A DNA stretch of 64,000 nt. Source: Trichosphaerium sp. ATCC 40318. Lineage: Eukaryota > Protista > Tubulinea. The stretch covers positions 1 through 64,000 of the forward strand of contig JALMLS010000052.1 of assembly GCA_038496445.1 (NCBI GenBank), in the 5' to 3' direction. Below, one piece after another: positions 16,605 through 30,708 of this stretch. The notes below the pieces were generated by a model, which was given only the letters and a program-made list of their open reading frames with translations, was not told the origin of the DNA and did no database searches. Position numbers and translations under genes: made by a program. The first letter of the stretch is position 1. Each line of letters opens with the position of its first letter.

Positions 16605-19600
16605 ATGACACAGCCTGCAAAGCAGACTAAGCAAGATAAAAAGCTAGAAAAGCTCCCAGAGTGGCATAAACCGGAAATAACGCCAACTTCGTACAGAACA
16701 GGTACGATTATCTTAATTTTGTGTATTCGCCTTGTATCAAGTATATACGTTCTGTAAATCATAGAAATGACTACTTTAAAATTATTGTGTGTTTATCGTA
16801 CTAAAAGTGAATAGGGCTTGTAATTAACAACTCTCTTACTCTCCAGAAGGACGAATTTATACCTGAGAACGGAAAGCATGTAAACTTCTATATCTGCGGA
16901 CCTACAGTTTACGATTGGTCTCATTTAGGCCATGCGCGGTACGTATATATTTTTTTACACTATTTCTACGCTTTTATACGCGTTCTAAACCTTGCTAGCG
17001 CTTATCTCACGTTTGACATCTTACGTCGTATTATGTCAGATTACTTTGGCTATGAGGTGTTCTGGGTAATGAATATTACAGATATAGACGATAAAATCAT
17101 TCTTCGCGCTCGTCGTAATTACCTTTTCGCAAAATACGTCAAAGAACACCCAAAGCTCGATGATTCAGTAGCTCAAGACTTGAAAGAGGCATGGCAAGTG
17201 TACTTGGACTCAAATGAAAAGGACCGTGCTAAAAAAGAAGTACGTTTTAGTTTAATCCATAATACAGCTTCAATGCTATTGCTACAAGTTAAAAACGCTG
17301 TAAAAACCCGAATTGGTGGAAAACAAAGCGATATTTTTTATTTTCACATGAGATTACTCACGTGAAGTCTTAGACGAACCTACCGCTCGTAAACGAGGGT
17401 AAGATGAAAGGTAACAAGAAAGAGATGAAGGCTGAAATCGAGTTACTTCAAAAACGATTCACTGCTGGTAAAAAGTACTACGATGACATGTTAGCAAGTA
17501 TCGAAGCTGGTACTTTAGATTTAGCCAAGACATTGCAGGTACAACTTTGTTTTGCTCTGTTTTGTAGTTGATCCCAAAACTACGCTTTGTATACATTGCT
17601 TTTCCTTTTATATCCGAAGGCCATTAGTGTCAGCGTAACTGCTATGGTTGGCGCATTTCGTTAGGCGAAATTACACGATGTGTGGGTTCGATTCCCGTCT
17701 GTTGACACTTCATTCGAAGCCTTCTTTTTTTTTTGCTGCAATACTTTAAATTTTTTTTTACATTTGTTGTGCAAGGATTTGACGTTTTTTGTATTTAGGA
17801 GTCCAAAGACCAACTCTCTTTGACGATTGATAAGAAAGAAGGGAAAACATTAGATCCTACACTAGTTAGAAAACTAACAGAGGAACATGCTGCAAAGTGG
17901 GAACTAGAATTCTTAAAGGTAATGAATGCAATCAAATGTTCATAATTTCTATTTTATTTTGTTATGTCTGTTTGTTGACAATCATTTTTTAGGATCTTCA
18001 TCACCTCGGTGTGCGTGAACCTGATGTACTTACACGTGTAAGCGAATATGTACCTGAGATTAAAACAATGACAGCCAAAATCATTGAAAACGGATTTGCG
18101 TGCGTATCTTTTCTCAAACAAACATAAAATGCCTCATTTAAGGTTTTTGAAGAAATGTAAAAATTACAACTTTTCTTTTTCTTACGACTACTATTAGTTA
18201 TGCAGCAAATGGGTCTGTTTATTTCGATACTGAAGCTTTTGATGCACACTCAGATCACGATTACGCGAAATTAGAGCCATGGTCAAGAGGTGATCCTAGC
18301 GCTATGGCAGAGAGTGAGGGTAAACTCGGTTCTACTGCATCTGATAAGAAGAATGATAATGATTTCGCTTTGTGGAAAGCATCAAAACCTGGTGAACCAG
18401 CTTGGGATTGTACGCATGAGTCTTTTGTCCATTATTTTTTTTCCTACGATCAGCGCTTTGTTCAACAGTTTTTGACCTCTTGTAGCTGATGCTTGGGGTC
18501 TTGGTAGGCCAGGATGGCATATTGAATGTTCTGCTATGGCATCTAATGTGATTGGCAAGAGACTTGACGTACACGCCGGTGGCAAGGTAAGACTATTGTT
18601 CGTTGTTTACTTTGTTTAACTTTTTTTTTTAAAGGATTTGAAGTTTCCTCATCATGATAACGAACTTGCCCAATCTGAAGCATTCCACTGCTGCAAACAG
18701 TGGGTAAATTATTTTATCCACGGTGGCCAACTACAAATTGATGGATTAAAGGTATGTGGCACCCATAGGAAGCACTGCTTCGCGTTTTCGTTTTTTTTTT
18801 TTTGAACAAAATTATAAGTTTTCAGCACTTACCTTACGTTGAATGCTTTCATGTCTAACATGTTGTTGCAGATGTCCAAGTCTCTTAAAAATTTTATCAC
18901 AATTCGTGAATGCGTTGGTAAATTTAATGCCGATCAGTTGCGCATGCTATTCTTGATACAATCATGGGATGGTAAGATTGCTTTAAATTGCTTTTTTTTT
19001 TTTTCCCCTCGCTTTTTTTCTAACAACTGTGTTTAGGTACAATGAACTACCAACGTGAAAATACTATGGAAGAACCTGATACTAAATTGGCTACAATCAA
19101 GTCATTTTTGCGCGAAACTGTACCTACAGTAATGAGGTATGTCAATATTTATTTTTTTTGTTCGAAAGTTGACAGCACGTTTGTTTTTTTTGTTCAATTT
19201 ATTTTGTTGCATTTATTCTTCATCCAAATAGTATTCCAGTTTTTGGTTGATATTGTCAATGTTAACCTGTTTATTAACATTAGAGAGCGAAAGGGTAAAT
19301 ACCTTCCTGAGAAATGGACTAAAGAAGCTTTTGATTTACAAAATTTCCTTGTTGAAACAAAAACTAACGTACGAACTGACCTCAATCTAAATACATCACT
19401 GCTTTGATATAAGTCTCTTATTCACAACTAATTACTTAATATCTGGAATATTAATATTAATTTTTAACATAGATTCACGGATTTCTACTCAAGAACTTTG
19501 ATACAAAGAGCACAATTGAGGCATTAATGAAATTGATCAAAAAAGCAAATGTTTATGTTAATACTATGGGTATCAAAGACGCAAAGAGCCTATTGCTTAA

Positions 19601-20700
19601 ACAAGTAGCTGTATATGTAACAAAGATTGTAAAACTCTTTGGACTCTTCCAGGTAACGTGACACAGACCCAGTCTGTTTTGAATTTTTTTTCACTTTTTT
19701 TTGTTTGTTGTTTGTTTCTCATAGCGATTAGGAATCTGCTGAAGATTACAGTATTAATGAAGGCAATAACGATTCAGGAAACAGAGAAGAAACTCTAGCA
19801 CCTGTATTGGATCTAACTACTGCGTACAGAACAGCAGTACGCGATGGCGTCAAGGTACATTTATTAGAAACATCTTTATTTGAACGACAACAGTTTGGTG
19901 ATTTTCTCTTTGTCTCCTTTTTGTTTTCTCTTGTTGTTCTGCCACCTGGTTAATTTTCCCTTAGAACAAAGAACCTCCAACATACTTTTATGAGCTATCG
20001 GATCAACTACGCAAAGACCTTGCTGGCCAAGGTGTTAAAGTTGTTGATGATGATCCAACCAGAAAATGGAACCTAGTAAACAAAGAAGCCCTCTTGCAGT
20101 ACGTCCTCAAAAAACCTTTGTGTACTTATAATGCCACCGTGCACTAATGAAAAACTATAGAGAGCTTGCAGAGCAAGAGAAAGCAAGAGCTGAAGCTGTA
20201 ATGAAGAAAGCTAAAAAGCAATTGGCAAATGCGAAGCGCGAATTGGCAACTTTTGAGAAAAACTCTATTGGCGCTGACGCGTACATTTTGCAAACTTTCC
20301 AAGTTAAAATGGTACGGAAAATCTAGTCAAGAGCTGGGACAAACGAAAATAAAAACTGTCAAGGGTCACTGTTGTGACAAAGAAGAACTACAGCTGATTT
20401 TATTTCTTAAAACTTTCTTGATTTTTTGTTGATTGTTTTTCTTGATTCATCTAGTTGACACGTGTTTTTTAGGTTGATGGTTCACTACCTGAGAAAAAAG
20501 AAGATGGTACAGAGATAAAAAAGAAGAGTGGTAAGAAGATAACTGCATCATACAACAAGCAAAAGAAAGCCAATGAGAAATGTGCTAACAAGCTCAAAGA
20601 AGACCCAAAATTTATTGAAACGCTTAAAGCACGTATTACAGAATTATCTGCTCTTGTTGGTGTTGACGATAGCGACAAGAAAAGTTTAACCAAAAAGTAA
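16605..20700 (+). CDS. CARS1: Cytoplasmic cysteinyl-tRNA synthetase
   Basis: [17 protein letters not shown] (HIGH), [43 protein letters not shown]; many short introns; stop TAA at 20698-20700. Confidence 0.96.
17629..17707 (+). tRNA. Degenerate tRNA-Leu(UAG)-like element (tRNA, pseudogene or tRNA mimic) inside a CysRS intron
   Basis: GTCAGCG...TGTTGAC-A acceptor stem; anticodon arm ATTTC-GTTAGGC-GAAAT (TAG at 17662-17664, G37); long variable region; B box GGTTCGATTCC; T-run from 17725. D arm and T-stem register are non-canonical. Confidence 0.55.
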
Positions 20701-20906
20701 ATAAACAACGATAATTTTTTCTTTAACACTTCTTGGACACTATATATTCTTTATCATAAAATTCGTTACAACAAGAATTGTCGGCTCCTGACCCCCTTTG
20801 AGTTGTTTTTTTAATCTACACAAATACTAGCCTTTCATGCCGTTTATTAACAGGCGAAGAGTACAAGAGTTCGCCTGAAGTTTGTACATTTTTTGTTTGG
20901 TATCCA

Positions 20907-21349
<443 letters not shown>

Positions 21350-21906
21350 TGTTGATATGTTTGAATAGTAATATAATGTGACGTTCAGTTGCTTAAATTA
21401 GACTGTTGTCTGACTTAACGACAAGAACTGATGTTCAAATCAACGGATTGCTGAATGCATGTTCAGTTTTTCACCAAAAGTGTAACATCGCTGTATTTAG
21501 TGCTAACCAGCCTAACTAGAGAATAGATGTTTCAACATTAAATAACAACATTTGAACGTGATTTCGCGTTTTCAGGTATGCATAGCATCATTACCACTTC
21601 ATAGCACCATTCCCTGTTTAACAGTATGGTTAAGCTATAGGACGCGCTACTTGTAGAGAACCAAATATACATAACAAACTTATCAGAATAAAACACAAGC
21701 ACTATACACAATAAATGGCTTTCGTAGTGAATTGCCTAACCTGTTTGCCAAATCATATAATTTTGGTATGGAGAATTACTCGTACACTGCTAGTAATTTA
21801 GGGCACATCAATTAGCACTAAAAATAAACACAAAGATGCAAAACATGGCTACTTTATTATCAGGAAAAATACACCTGGTTTTTTTTTCCTGTGTTTTTAT
21901 TGTGGC

Positions 21907-24090
21907 TTAGTATCTTTCTTTTAATTCAAAGATTAAAGCTGTAACTACAAAATCATTCTCGCATGAATTATCGATAAATGCATTACTGTTTAGAAACACA
22001 TAGTCGCCCATTAAAAACCTTTTTTTTACAAAGCAGAACTCGTTGTTAACATCAAATACTCTCCTTGGCATTCGTGTTTTTCTTGTCTTTCTACTTTCCA
22101 AAAATTCCTCTCTCTTTCGCTTACGCATCAAACGCTTGTCAACACCTAATTTCTTTTCTTAGTTCACGTATCACGTGCTACAAAAAGATTTTTACGTACT
22201 TTGTGTAGGGCACGTCAATAGCAGTGCAGGGTTAGGTACTGTAGGTGTAGTCTGCATAGGGCGACGAATGGGTGGAGGTGAGTTGCTTTGCAAAGTTAGA
22301 TTTTATTTTATAGTACTAAAGGTACGCACTCTGGACTAACTGGTGAGTATCGTGGTGATGTTGGTGAATATGTCGGTGACACTGGTGAGTATCGTGGTGA
22401 TGTTGGCGTGTATGACGGTGATGTTGGTGAGTACGATGGCGATGTTGGTGAGTATCGTGGTGATGATGGGGAGTATCCTGGCGATGTTGGCGAGTATGAA
22501 GGCGAGAATTTTGATGTCGGTACACTTTGCGGAGGAGAAGATGTGCGTAGTTGATGTGCTGAGTAAGAAGGGGATGTTGGTGAGTACGATGGCGATGTTG
22601 GTGAGTATCGTGGAGGATTTTGTGAAAACTTTATCCTGTTATTGAAGGTACTAAAGAATCCTTGGCCGCCCCTAAATGAAACAAAAAAAAGTCAGTCTTT
22701 TTCAATGGTTTTTTTTAGTTTTTTCGACGTACGGGTAATAAAAACAAGCAGGCATATAATGAGGTATCGAAGATGATGTATTATAAGCTTCTACTGCTTT
22801 TGCATGCGGAGATGAGTGATACGTTGTTCGTACTATCGTTTTAAAATGTTTTGCCAAATCAGAATTCATTATGCAATCTGCCTTGTGCGTTACTTTCTTC
22901 AAATAAGCTGTTTTTAATACTGGCTTAAGTATATAGTAAATCAATGCATCTACTCCTGTCAAGGTATTTTCCAGATCTTTAAAGTTTGAGTATGGGTGGT
23001 ATGTGCAGTAAGCAACTTTTGTTATTCTGTTTTTTGGAAAAATTTCAAAAGACTCAAGCACTTCTTGTTTATACTTTGTCACTAGTGATTGACGTATACG
23101 TGATTTATCTGATTTAACGCCAAATGCAAGTACGTATTTAGTACCACCAGGCGCTATGTGTGACACTAAACGAAAATAAGTACTTAAAGCACCAAAAGAC
23201 TGTTCGTCAGACTTTTTCTCGTTCGAAAAGGAAAAAAAAATGTAGGTCGTAAAAGTTAAGCACCTGTATGGCTGATGTTTGTTGGTTTCATCCACAAGTT
23301 TACTTTAATTTTGTCAGAAGTTATATAAATTGGGTTGTAATGAATTTCTGCTTTGCATCCTTGAATCTGAACATTTCCACCTGAACAATAAAAAATTATT
23401 TATTTCAGATGGTTTTATTTTGTCGCTACAAAGCACACTATACCTTTGTACTCTGATGGTAAATCTAAGTATATTACTCTATCATATGCTTCCATCATCT
23501 CTTTATCAAGTTCCACATGGTTTCGTACACTTGATTCATAAGATATTAGTGCAAAAGGCTCAACGTCCACGTGATAAAGCGCGAAAACATCATCTAACAT
23601 TTCTTCGGTTGCTTTTTGGAACTTTTCAGCAAATACTGGTCCCATTACTATATGGTCACGACCCAATCTACCCTTCATGTTCTCATACAACTCGTTTGTA
23701 TTATTTTGAAGGTACATCGGTGCACCACAAACATTCAAAGGTACTTCACTCAAAGGCAACTCAATGTCGAATGACTCAAAGGAATAAATATTGAGTTCGC
23801 TCAGGATCCATGGAGTAAAGTCTTTCCAAACTGCTGCGGAAACATAAGGTCTGCTCACACTAACGCCTTTCTACAAGGATGGAAAACATTAAATTGGGTA
23901 GTGTTGTAGAAAAGAAAATCATAAATAAAAGGAAGGCAAGACATACAGTGTACAACTTCGTTGCGCTTGCATAATCACTTAACACGGTATTTGTTAAGCG
24001 AACTGCCAAAAGATCTGTGAGACACAATTCGTCGAATACAGCAACACATATTTCTGGCGGTAAGGTATCAAGTAGCTTTGTTACCGACAT
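21907..24090 (-). CDS. F-box protein with RNA polymerase II CTD-like heptad repeats and a basic NLS-like patch (about 7 exons)
   Basis: N-terminal [29 protein letters not shown] (F-box); phase-consistent GT-AG joins link ORFs 23860-24090, 23415-23858, 22702-23295, the heptad exon (about 22330-22671) and the last exon [10 protein letters not shown]...KERY*. Confidence 0.78.
22332..22607 (-). repeat. 21-nt tandem repeat encoding 10 Pol II CTD-type heptads (2 + 8)
   Basis: [14 protein letters not shown] [spacer] [55 protein letters not shown]; synonymous third-position variation preserves this frame. Confidence 0.93.
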
Positions 24091-25328
24091 CCCAGGTTAT
24101 TGACAGGAACAAAGTAAGACAAAAATATGGAAAAAATATTCAAAAAATTAACTTTGTTTGATGTTCAATTGAAAAAAAAAAATGTGGTTTCGACACGTTC
24201 TAACTTAGTGGTCTACTAAAACCACGCGGAAGCTATAACTATCAAGCGAAAATAAGAATACAGCCGCAATTTCTACCAAACGCGCTGCGTGTTTAACTAC
24301 AAGCCTACAATGTGCTTGCTCCACGTACGTACAAAAGATTTACACTGGTTTTGTTGATAAAACACCAAAACAGCCAACAATAACGAGATAGTACCACACA
24401 CTATTGTTTTACGCTATGTACTAATTATTGGCTTGGCGCGCCGTTACAAAAAGTTAATTGAGCCAAAAAAAGTATACGCGCTTCTTTGGCGCATTGTTCA
24501 TCATTTGGAAAACGTGCGAGAATAGTTTCAAAGACATTGAACAAGTTTGTATTGAGCTTCAGTTCATCTGCATTTGAGAATAAAACAACAAATTCTCGAC
24601 TTTAGAAAGTTTGGCAAGGCTAATATTAGTACTCAATTATTACAAAGTCACTATGCCTGAAATTGTTTTTTGAGATGAAAACAACACCTTTTTTAAGTTG
24701 GCTTTCAGTATTTGGTGTTGTTTCGGTGACACTGCAAACCCGGCTAAATTATATGTCTTCAAATAATCACGCAACTTTTTCAGTGCTTACCAAGTTAGTC
24801 CTTTGAGTATATTTTTATTGCTAATCAGGTCAACTCGTTACCATTCTATTATAGGCATTCTCTAGCACTTGTCATAGGGTGTGATATTTATAGCTAAAAT
24901 TAACTTAAATAGTTATTGCGACTGAAAGCGAATAGAGCTACAAAACTAAAAATGGTTGAGAACGTAAATTCACGTGTTGCCTGTAAGTAGCCAAAGATGG
25001 TGTAAACGTTCTATTATTAAATTTACAAGCGTTAGTAAATTTAGAACATTGCCAACAAACTACAATGGTGCAATGGTTTGTGTTTTCCTTGTGACAGGAA
25101 TAGCACCATTTTTTCTCTAACTAGTTGACTAACTTGACTGAAAAGACAATATTAAACTGTTTTTAGCATTTAGTTCGAGTTATTATTACGACATGCTCTT
25201 ATAAAAATTGTCTGAACTAGAAGTAATTCTACTGTTGATATTTTCTTTATTCGTTTTATACCAACTTCTATTTTTGTAATATAAGCGGAGAAATCTTGTT
25301 TTAAACGTCATTTCTACAAGTATACATC

Positions 25329-26265
25329 ATGTTCAAAGCATCTCTGTGTTTCTTAATAATAATAACCTTATGTTCATTGACAGAATCAGTGAGTAAGTAA
25401 CGCTACACAACGAAAACAGTTTACACATTTTGAACTACGAAACTGAAAATCTATTTAGGTGTTGGTGATACGGGAATGTGCACTCTGGTAGTAGCAACCA
25501 ATGGATTTAAAATATTCGACAGGTATTCCTCCGAACCAAACAAGCCAAACTTCGTAGTATCCGATACCGCTTTAGAGTACGATGGTGATCTGGGTCCAGT
25601 TGAATACATTGCCAATATTACTTCAACATTATTTACGTTCAAAGTGGTTGTAGATATAACATCATATACTTTGTTGTCTCCTTATATTTTGACTTGTAAT
25701 TTTGATCAACCGGTTGTATCAGGTAAGCATACACAATCCAAAAAAGTGAACAGATTATTTTTTTTTTGTTTCTCTTCTAACTTCATTGTTTCTAGCCTTT
25801 TCTTTACTCTCCGATTCGATTACGGTTCCTCTAAGTAACATCAGTTTTAACGCAACATCGTTCACGTTAGTTATTGATATTGTATAAATTGTCATACTTA
25901 TTTGTGCTAGATTTGTACATAGCGCTCAAACATTGCCTAGCGGTGAGTATTCTGCAATTTTTAATTTGCTTCTTCCTCCAACAACGCTACCTCCGACAAC
26001 ATTGCCTCCTACGTTAGCTCCAACAACGTTACCTCCAACAACGCTACCTCCTACTACTCTACCTCCGACGACGCTACCTCCTACTACTCTACCTCCAACA
26101 ACAACAGCCCCAACACTACTATCATCAATAGAACCTACATCAGAACCAACAACGCCAGCTTCGGGATCAGCTGTTGACACGCCCACAACAAGCTCCATTG
26201 GTAACAAGCTCAATTTGAGTGTTATATGTTGTCTTGTTCTTATATCACTATGTATGTTATTGTGA
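25329..26265 (+). CDS. Secreted/GPI-anchored or membrane-tethered surface protein with PPTTL mucin-like stalk
   Basis: Signal peptide MFKASLCFLIIITLCSLTES; beta-rich ectodomain; (PPTTL)n at about 25975-26106; hydrophobic C-terminus LSVICCLVLISLCMLL*. Confidence 0.75.
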
Positions 26266-26882
26266 TAGTGAAATACAATGCCTACACTGACACTTGTAAC
26301 TAAGTCAATAAATACAATACATTAATAAAAAGCCTCTGCCAACATCTGCGTCTATGTATTTAAATTAGTATTTACACTTTGAAACAGTTTATGCTGCAGC
26401 AAAAATCGAAAAAAAAAAGTGACAAAGTGACTACAATCACGTTTTTTTGTTCAATGAGCAAAATATCCCTGTATATGCTTTCAATAGAAAGACATTTTTA
26501 TTTCCTCAAGTTTGGAGGATTGCAGCGTCTTTCATTAGGCTTTTTCAAGCTTATATTATGGCTTATACAGCGTGAGCTTTACAATATTAATATTACCTAT
26601 GAACAATGTCCAAACACCTCATTACTACCCAGTTGATGGCGCTCTTTTAATGTATACTTCCAAAGATTTAAACTAGAAATGCATGTGATGTTTTGGTATC
26701 TGCAACAAAGACGTGATAGAGCTTTCCTTGAAGTGACAAGGTGTACGGGTGTGCACTTTTATCATATCATCATCGTCATCGATACCCAAAATGGGCCCAT
26801 AACTATGTTATTCCTACAGTAGAACCACAAAAGATTTACACTACAACAGAAATTCAAAAAAATATCACAACAAATAACTAGT

Positions 26883-28992
26883 TATATATTAATTACAGGA
26901 CCAATCTTCTTTGGGTTTTGGCTTTGATGTGCTTTTGGGTCAGGTTTTAGGATATTGCCGCAAGCTACATCTATGATCATGACAGAGCAACTTGCACAAA
27001 GGGAGAAAACGCCAACCGTGAAATACAAGCTAGGCACCTAGTACAAGAATTAATTTAAATTGTTCTTTGGTTTTTTTTGATCAAGAGTCACTTTTTTTGT
27101 TCTTTTATTATTGCTAACCTTTTCGTCTAAAGCATCTAGGATGATGCCACCAAAACTGGCAACAATTATCTAATTGTATTTGTAAGAAAAAGGTAAAGTA
27201 GGTGAGGAATCTTTACGGGCAAATGTAATATTTTGTAAAACTCACAACAAAAACAATGCGAAAAGTTCATACCTGTGCGAAGTTGATACTTGAGTTTAGT
27301 ATACCGGTGTATGCTCCATACATTTTAGGGCGTGTGAAAGACTTTAAGAGCACAAACATATTGGTATCACGTATGGCAAGCGAAGCCCCAGAAACTACAA
27401 ATACAACGTCAATTAGAAAGAAAAAAAAAGTATAACTTGTGCTCAAACAACGCACCTATTAGTACACAGGATGCCGCATAGGCATTTTGGACGAAACTAA
27501 AGCTTATCATAGATAATATTAAAAGCACTTCTCCAATATAAAAAACCGGCTTTACGCCCTAGAGCAGCGTTAATAACATCAACATAAAGAATTTTTTCAA
27601 AAAAAAATAAGCCGCACCAGTAACGCATTAAGTTTTGGTACAAAGTACGATGTTGCCATAGCAAACAAAGCTTGTAAAGCTAATCCTACGAAGGATAGGA
27701 AAAGCGGACCAATCTTCCGGTCTCCCCACCAAGTAGTCCAAAAAATAGCTTGTGTAAGCAATGCTAACCATCCAACAGTACTAATTGTAACCAAAATCAA
27801 AAGCGGCCAAGAAAACTTACAAGAGCATCCTAAATTCAGTCAGGTGTTTACCTCAAGAAAACGCAGGTTAAAAACATCAGCTAGTGGTAATAAACAGCTA
27901 GCACGAAAGAAAAACGCAAAAGTTTGTCATCGTCCATGTTACGTACGTTTTCTTGATTTTTTCTTCGTTTTATCTTGTGTCAACCCTGGTTTAACCAAAG
28001 GATCCTCCTTGATAAGAACAAGTTGGATCACTATAGATACCCACAAATTAACGTAGGCCACACAGAATAGCACCCTACAACTTGATAGGATCTGGGAGTA
28101 CTACGCACTTTACAAACACGTGCCTTAAATGTGGTTCAATACCCAAAAACTCAAATCCTTTTCCAAGTGGCAAAGCACCAATAGAAAACGCCAAAACGCC
28201 TCCTATTTGCCCCAAAAGGGCAAAAAAAGCGTTTGCACTTGGTATTTGTGATGATGGGGTTAAGTCTAGTAATAGAGCGCGTCCAGGGGTGAGTATTGAT
28301 GTTGTACAGCCGTCTGCGATGATGAAACTTATGAATAAAAGTACTATCCTCAAAACTTTCGCTTTTTGTTCGTTGTTAGGGAACACAGCAGCAGAAAAGT
28401 TAGGAAGGGTTACGATAGTGATACCACCGATAGTAGTACATACTGCTAGTATTACTATGAAAATTCTCCGTCGCCCTAAAGCTGAGTAAGAGGTAATGGA
28501 AAAAAATGCGGAAAAACGGAAAGAGAATTTCAATATTAGGCTTTACCGTATCTAAATGTACAGCTGTCGCTTATTTTACCAATGATATTGGCTACAATGA
28601 AGGAAAGAACAGGAGATCCTAACCATATCTGGGGTAGGCGAAAAATAAGATAACGCGGGAGGTAAAAGTCGTACCATTGATGAGAATTTAACAGGTACAC
28701 CAAGCTCTAGATAATTTGATTAGAAAAAAGCTGAATGTGTAAAAAACGGTAACTACAAAGTTTCCAACGTGTTATTTTATGTCCAAACAACACAGTGCGT
28801 TGTGAGGAATAAAAGAAATAAAATTCTGCAAGAAAAAAGATTATGAGTAAGGAAAAGCTACTTACTCTGTGCGTATGGTATAATTGAGGCGTCTTCTACC
28901 CGCCACAGGAAGTTTACACAATAATAGCTCAAACCAAGTGCGATAAGAGTCCACAAAGAAAGCTTTGGTTTTTCATTAGTTAATCCTTTCAT
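26883..28992 (-). CDS. MFS transporter of the sucrose transporter/SLC45 (GPH) family
   Basis: TM1 LGLSYYCVNFLWRVEDASIIPYAQ; ISDSCTFRY-LGRRRIFI; TPGRALLLDL; GAYTGILNSSINFAQ; multiple TM exons. Confidence 0.85.
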
Positions 28993-30708
28993 GGTATCGA
29001 TTTTCAACGGTATTGTTGCGAATTAGGTAAGGATAGCTACTGAATCCACTGACTCCAGTTGACTTTTGTTTACACACCTGGCAAGTGATTGTTTAATAAC
29101 GGCTTGGCTCTTTACAATTTTTTTTTGTCAAATCGCTCAACTTTATTCTAATTTTTTGCCTCAAGTTTACTCACCAAGAACAAACTAGTGAGCATTATGT
29201 TCTAACATTTAGACCACATGCGAGGTCCCTTGTAGAAGTGGTATTAGTTTGTGATAAGTGTACTATCTGAAATCCGAAGAAACACCAGAATCAGGTTGGT
29301 TACCGATTTTAGGCGAAGTTGTCTTGCTATTTCAATTGTCTTTCCTACCTGAGATTGTCATGCACTCTAGCTCCTAACATGTAGACAAGCACTTCAACTG
29401 TTTTTTGAAAAGTGTCAATGTTGGTGTGAAACTACAAAGCTGAGTCCTCACAGTTATCGTTGTTGTGCTCCTTGTCAACTAGCTATTGGTTGTACGATTA
29501 ACCTCATATGGCCTCCACAGTTAAAACACGTTCGTTTGAAATACAAAAAAAAAAAGTAGTTGTTGATGACTATTGTTCAAGTTACAAAGACTTCGCTATT
29601 GTCCATGCGCTAGGTGCCATGATAACCTGGCTCTGCTTTTTAGCAATAAGTTGTATCGAGTGTTGCTAGTGGGTGTACCATCTGGATAAGACTGTATGTG
29701 AGTAGCGAAACAACAACAACAACAAAAGCACTGCTGTGAATTTTTATGCGCGTGCGCATAACAGCCTCGTTTACTCTTGTATGCGCGCTAGCCTAGTCTA
29801 TTGTTCGTTGATTCAATTGATCACTAGAAACGAGTCTCAAAAGGTACAGGCGCTAGTTCCCACGTCTACCTCGAATGCAACGGACATACTGCAAAACAAC
29901 AAAAAAAGACTTGTTTTGCGAACTCATATGTTCACAGTTAGATTCGCTTATAGCTGTTGCCATGTGCCAGTAAAGTGCTAGATGAAAAAATCACAATAAC
30001 GCGATAAACACACCACCGCATGGAGTATGGATTATCATACCACCATCCATTTTACCTAGCTGCCAGATAGTAAAAAGTTTATCGTTTTTGTAGTATCAAT
30101 ATTCACATTCAGATAATTCACGTGAAGCAACACACTGCCAAAATGAGTTTGTTACCCTCCGAACGCGAGTAGAATATTGGATTGTCATTGTAGGTGTAGA
30201 ATCTAGAATTGGTACGCACGAAACAGACCACACGTTGTGCGCAAGAACCTTTGCGCAGGTAGGTATCCTAAAAACTACTTTCAGTAAAATTTCTAACTCT
30301 TAAAAATTCAAGACAACTGGCAGTTGTCCGATATTCAAGTAAAAACTGTGAGCTTACCCATACAATAATATAAATAGACTATACTGTCGCAGACGCGATT
30401 TACCTAGCCTTCTTTCTATATCGAACTGTAAGCAGAAAAGATGGAATGTAAAAAACTTGGGCGGTTTTTAAGATTTCTAATTGACAACTAGCTTTTGATA
30501 TATGATTGATTATGCACATATCTACCTGCCACGGGCAAAATTATGGAGACCCAAAACCGAAACCCGATAAAAAAAAAACTACAAATTCGTTGATAGTTTC
30601 AGTGAAGGTTTTTTTGTATATTTAAGACTGTGTTTATGATGTTACTAACAAGCCTTTTAAGCCAGTGTACTGTGAAATCAAAGTTACCAATACAACTCAA
30701 CTGGAACA

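Noticed and set aside
22316-22645. His/Gln-rich ORF (-) and Val/Met-rich ORF (+) in the track
   Set aside because: Shadow frames of the YSPTSPS repeat; only the heptad frame is preserved by synonymous variation and joins neighbouring exons in phase.
21907-24090. Possibility that the heptads belong to RPB1 itself
   Set aside because: The gene is only about 600 codons, shows no RPB1 motifs, starts with an F-box-like sequence, and the heptads are internal.
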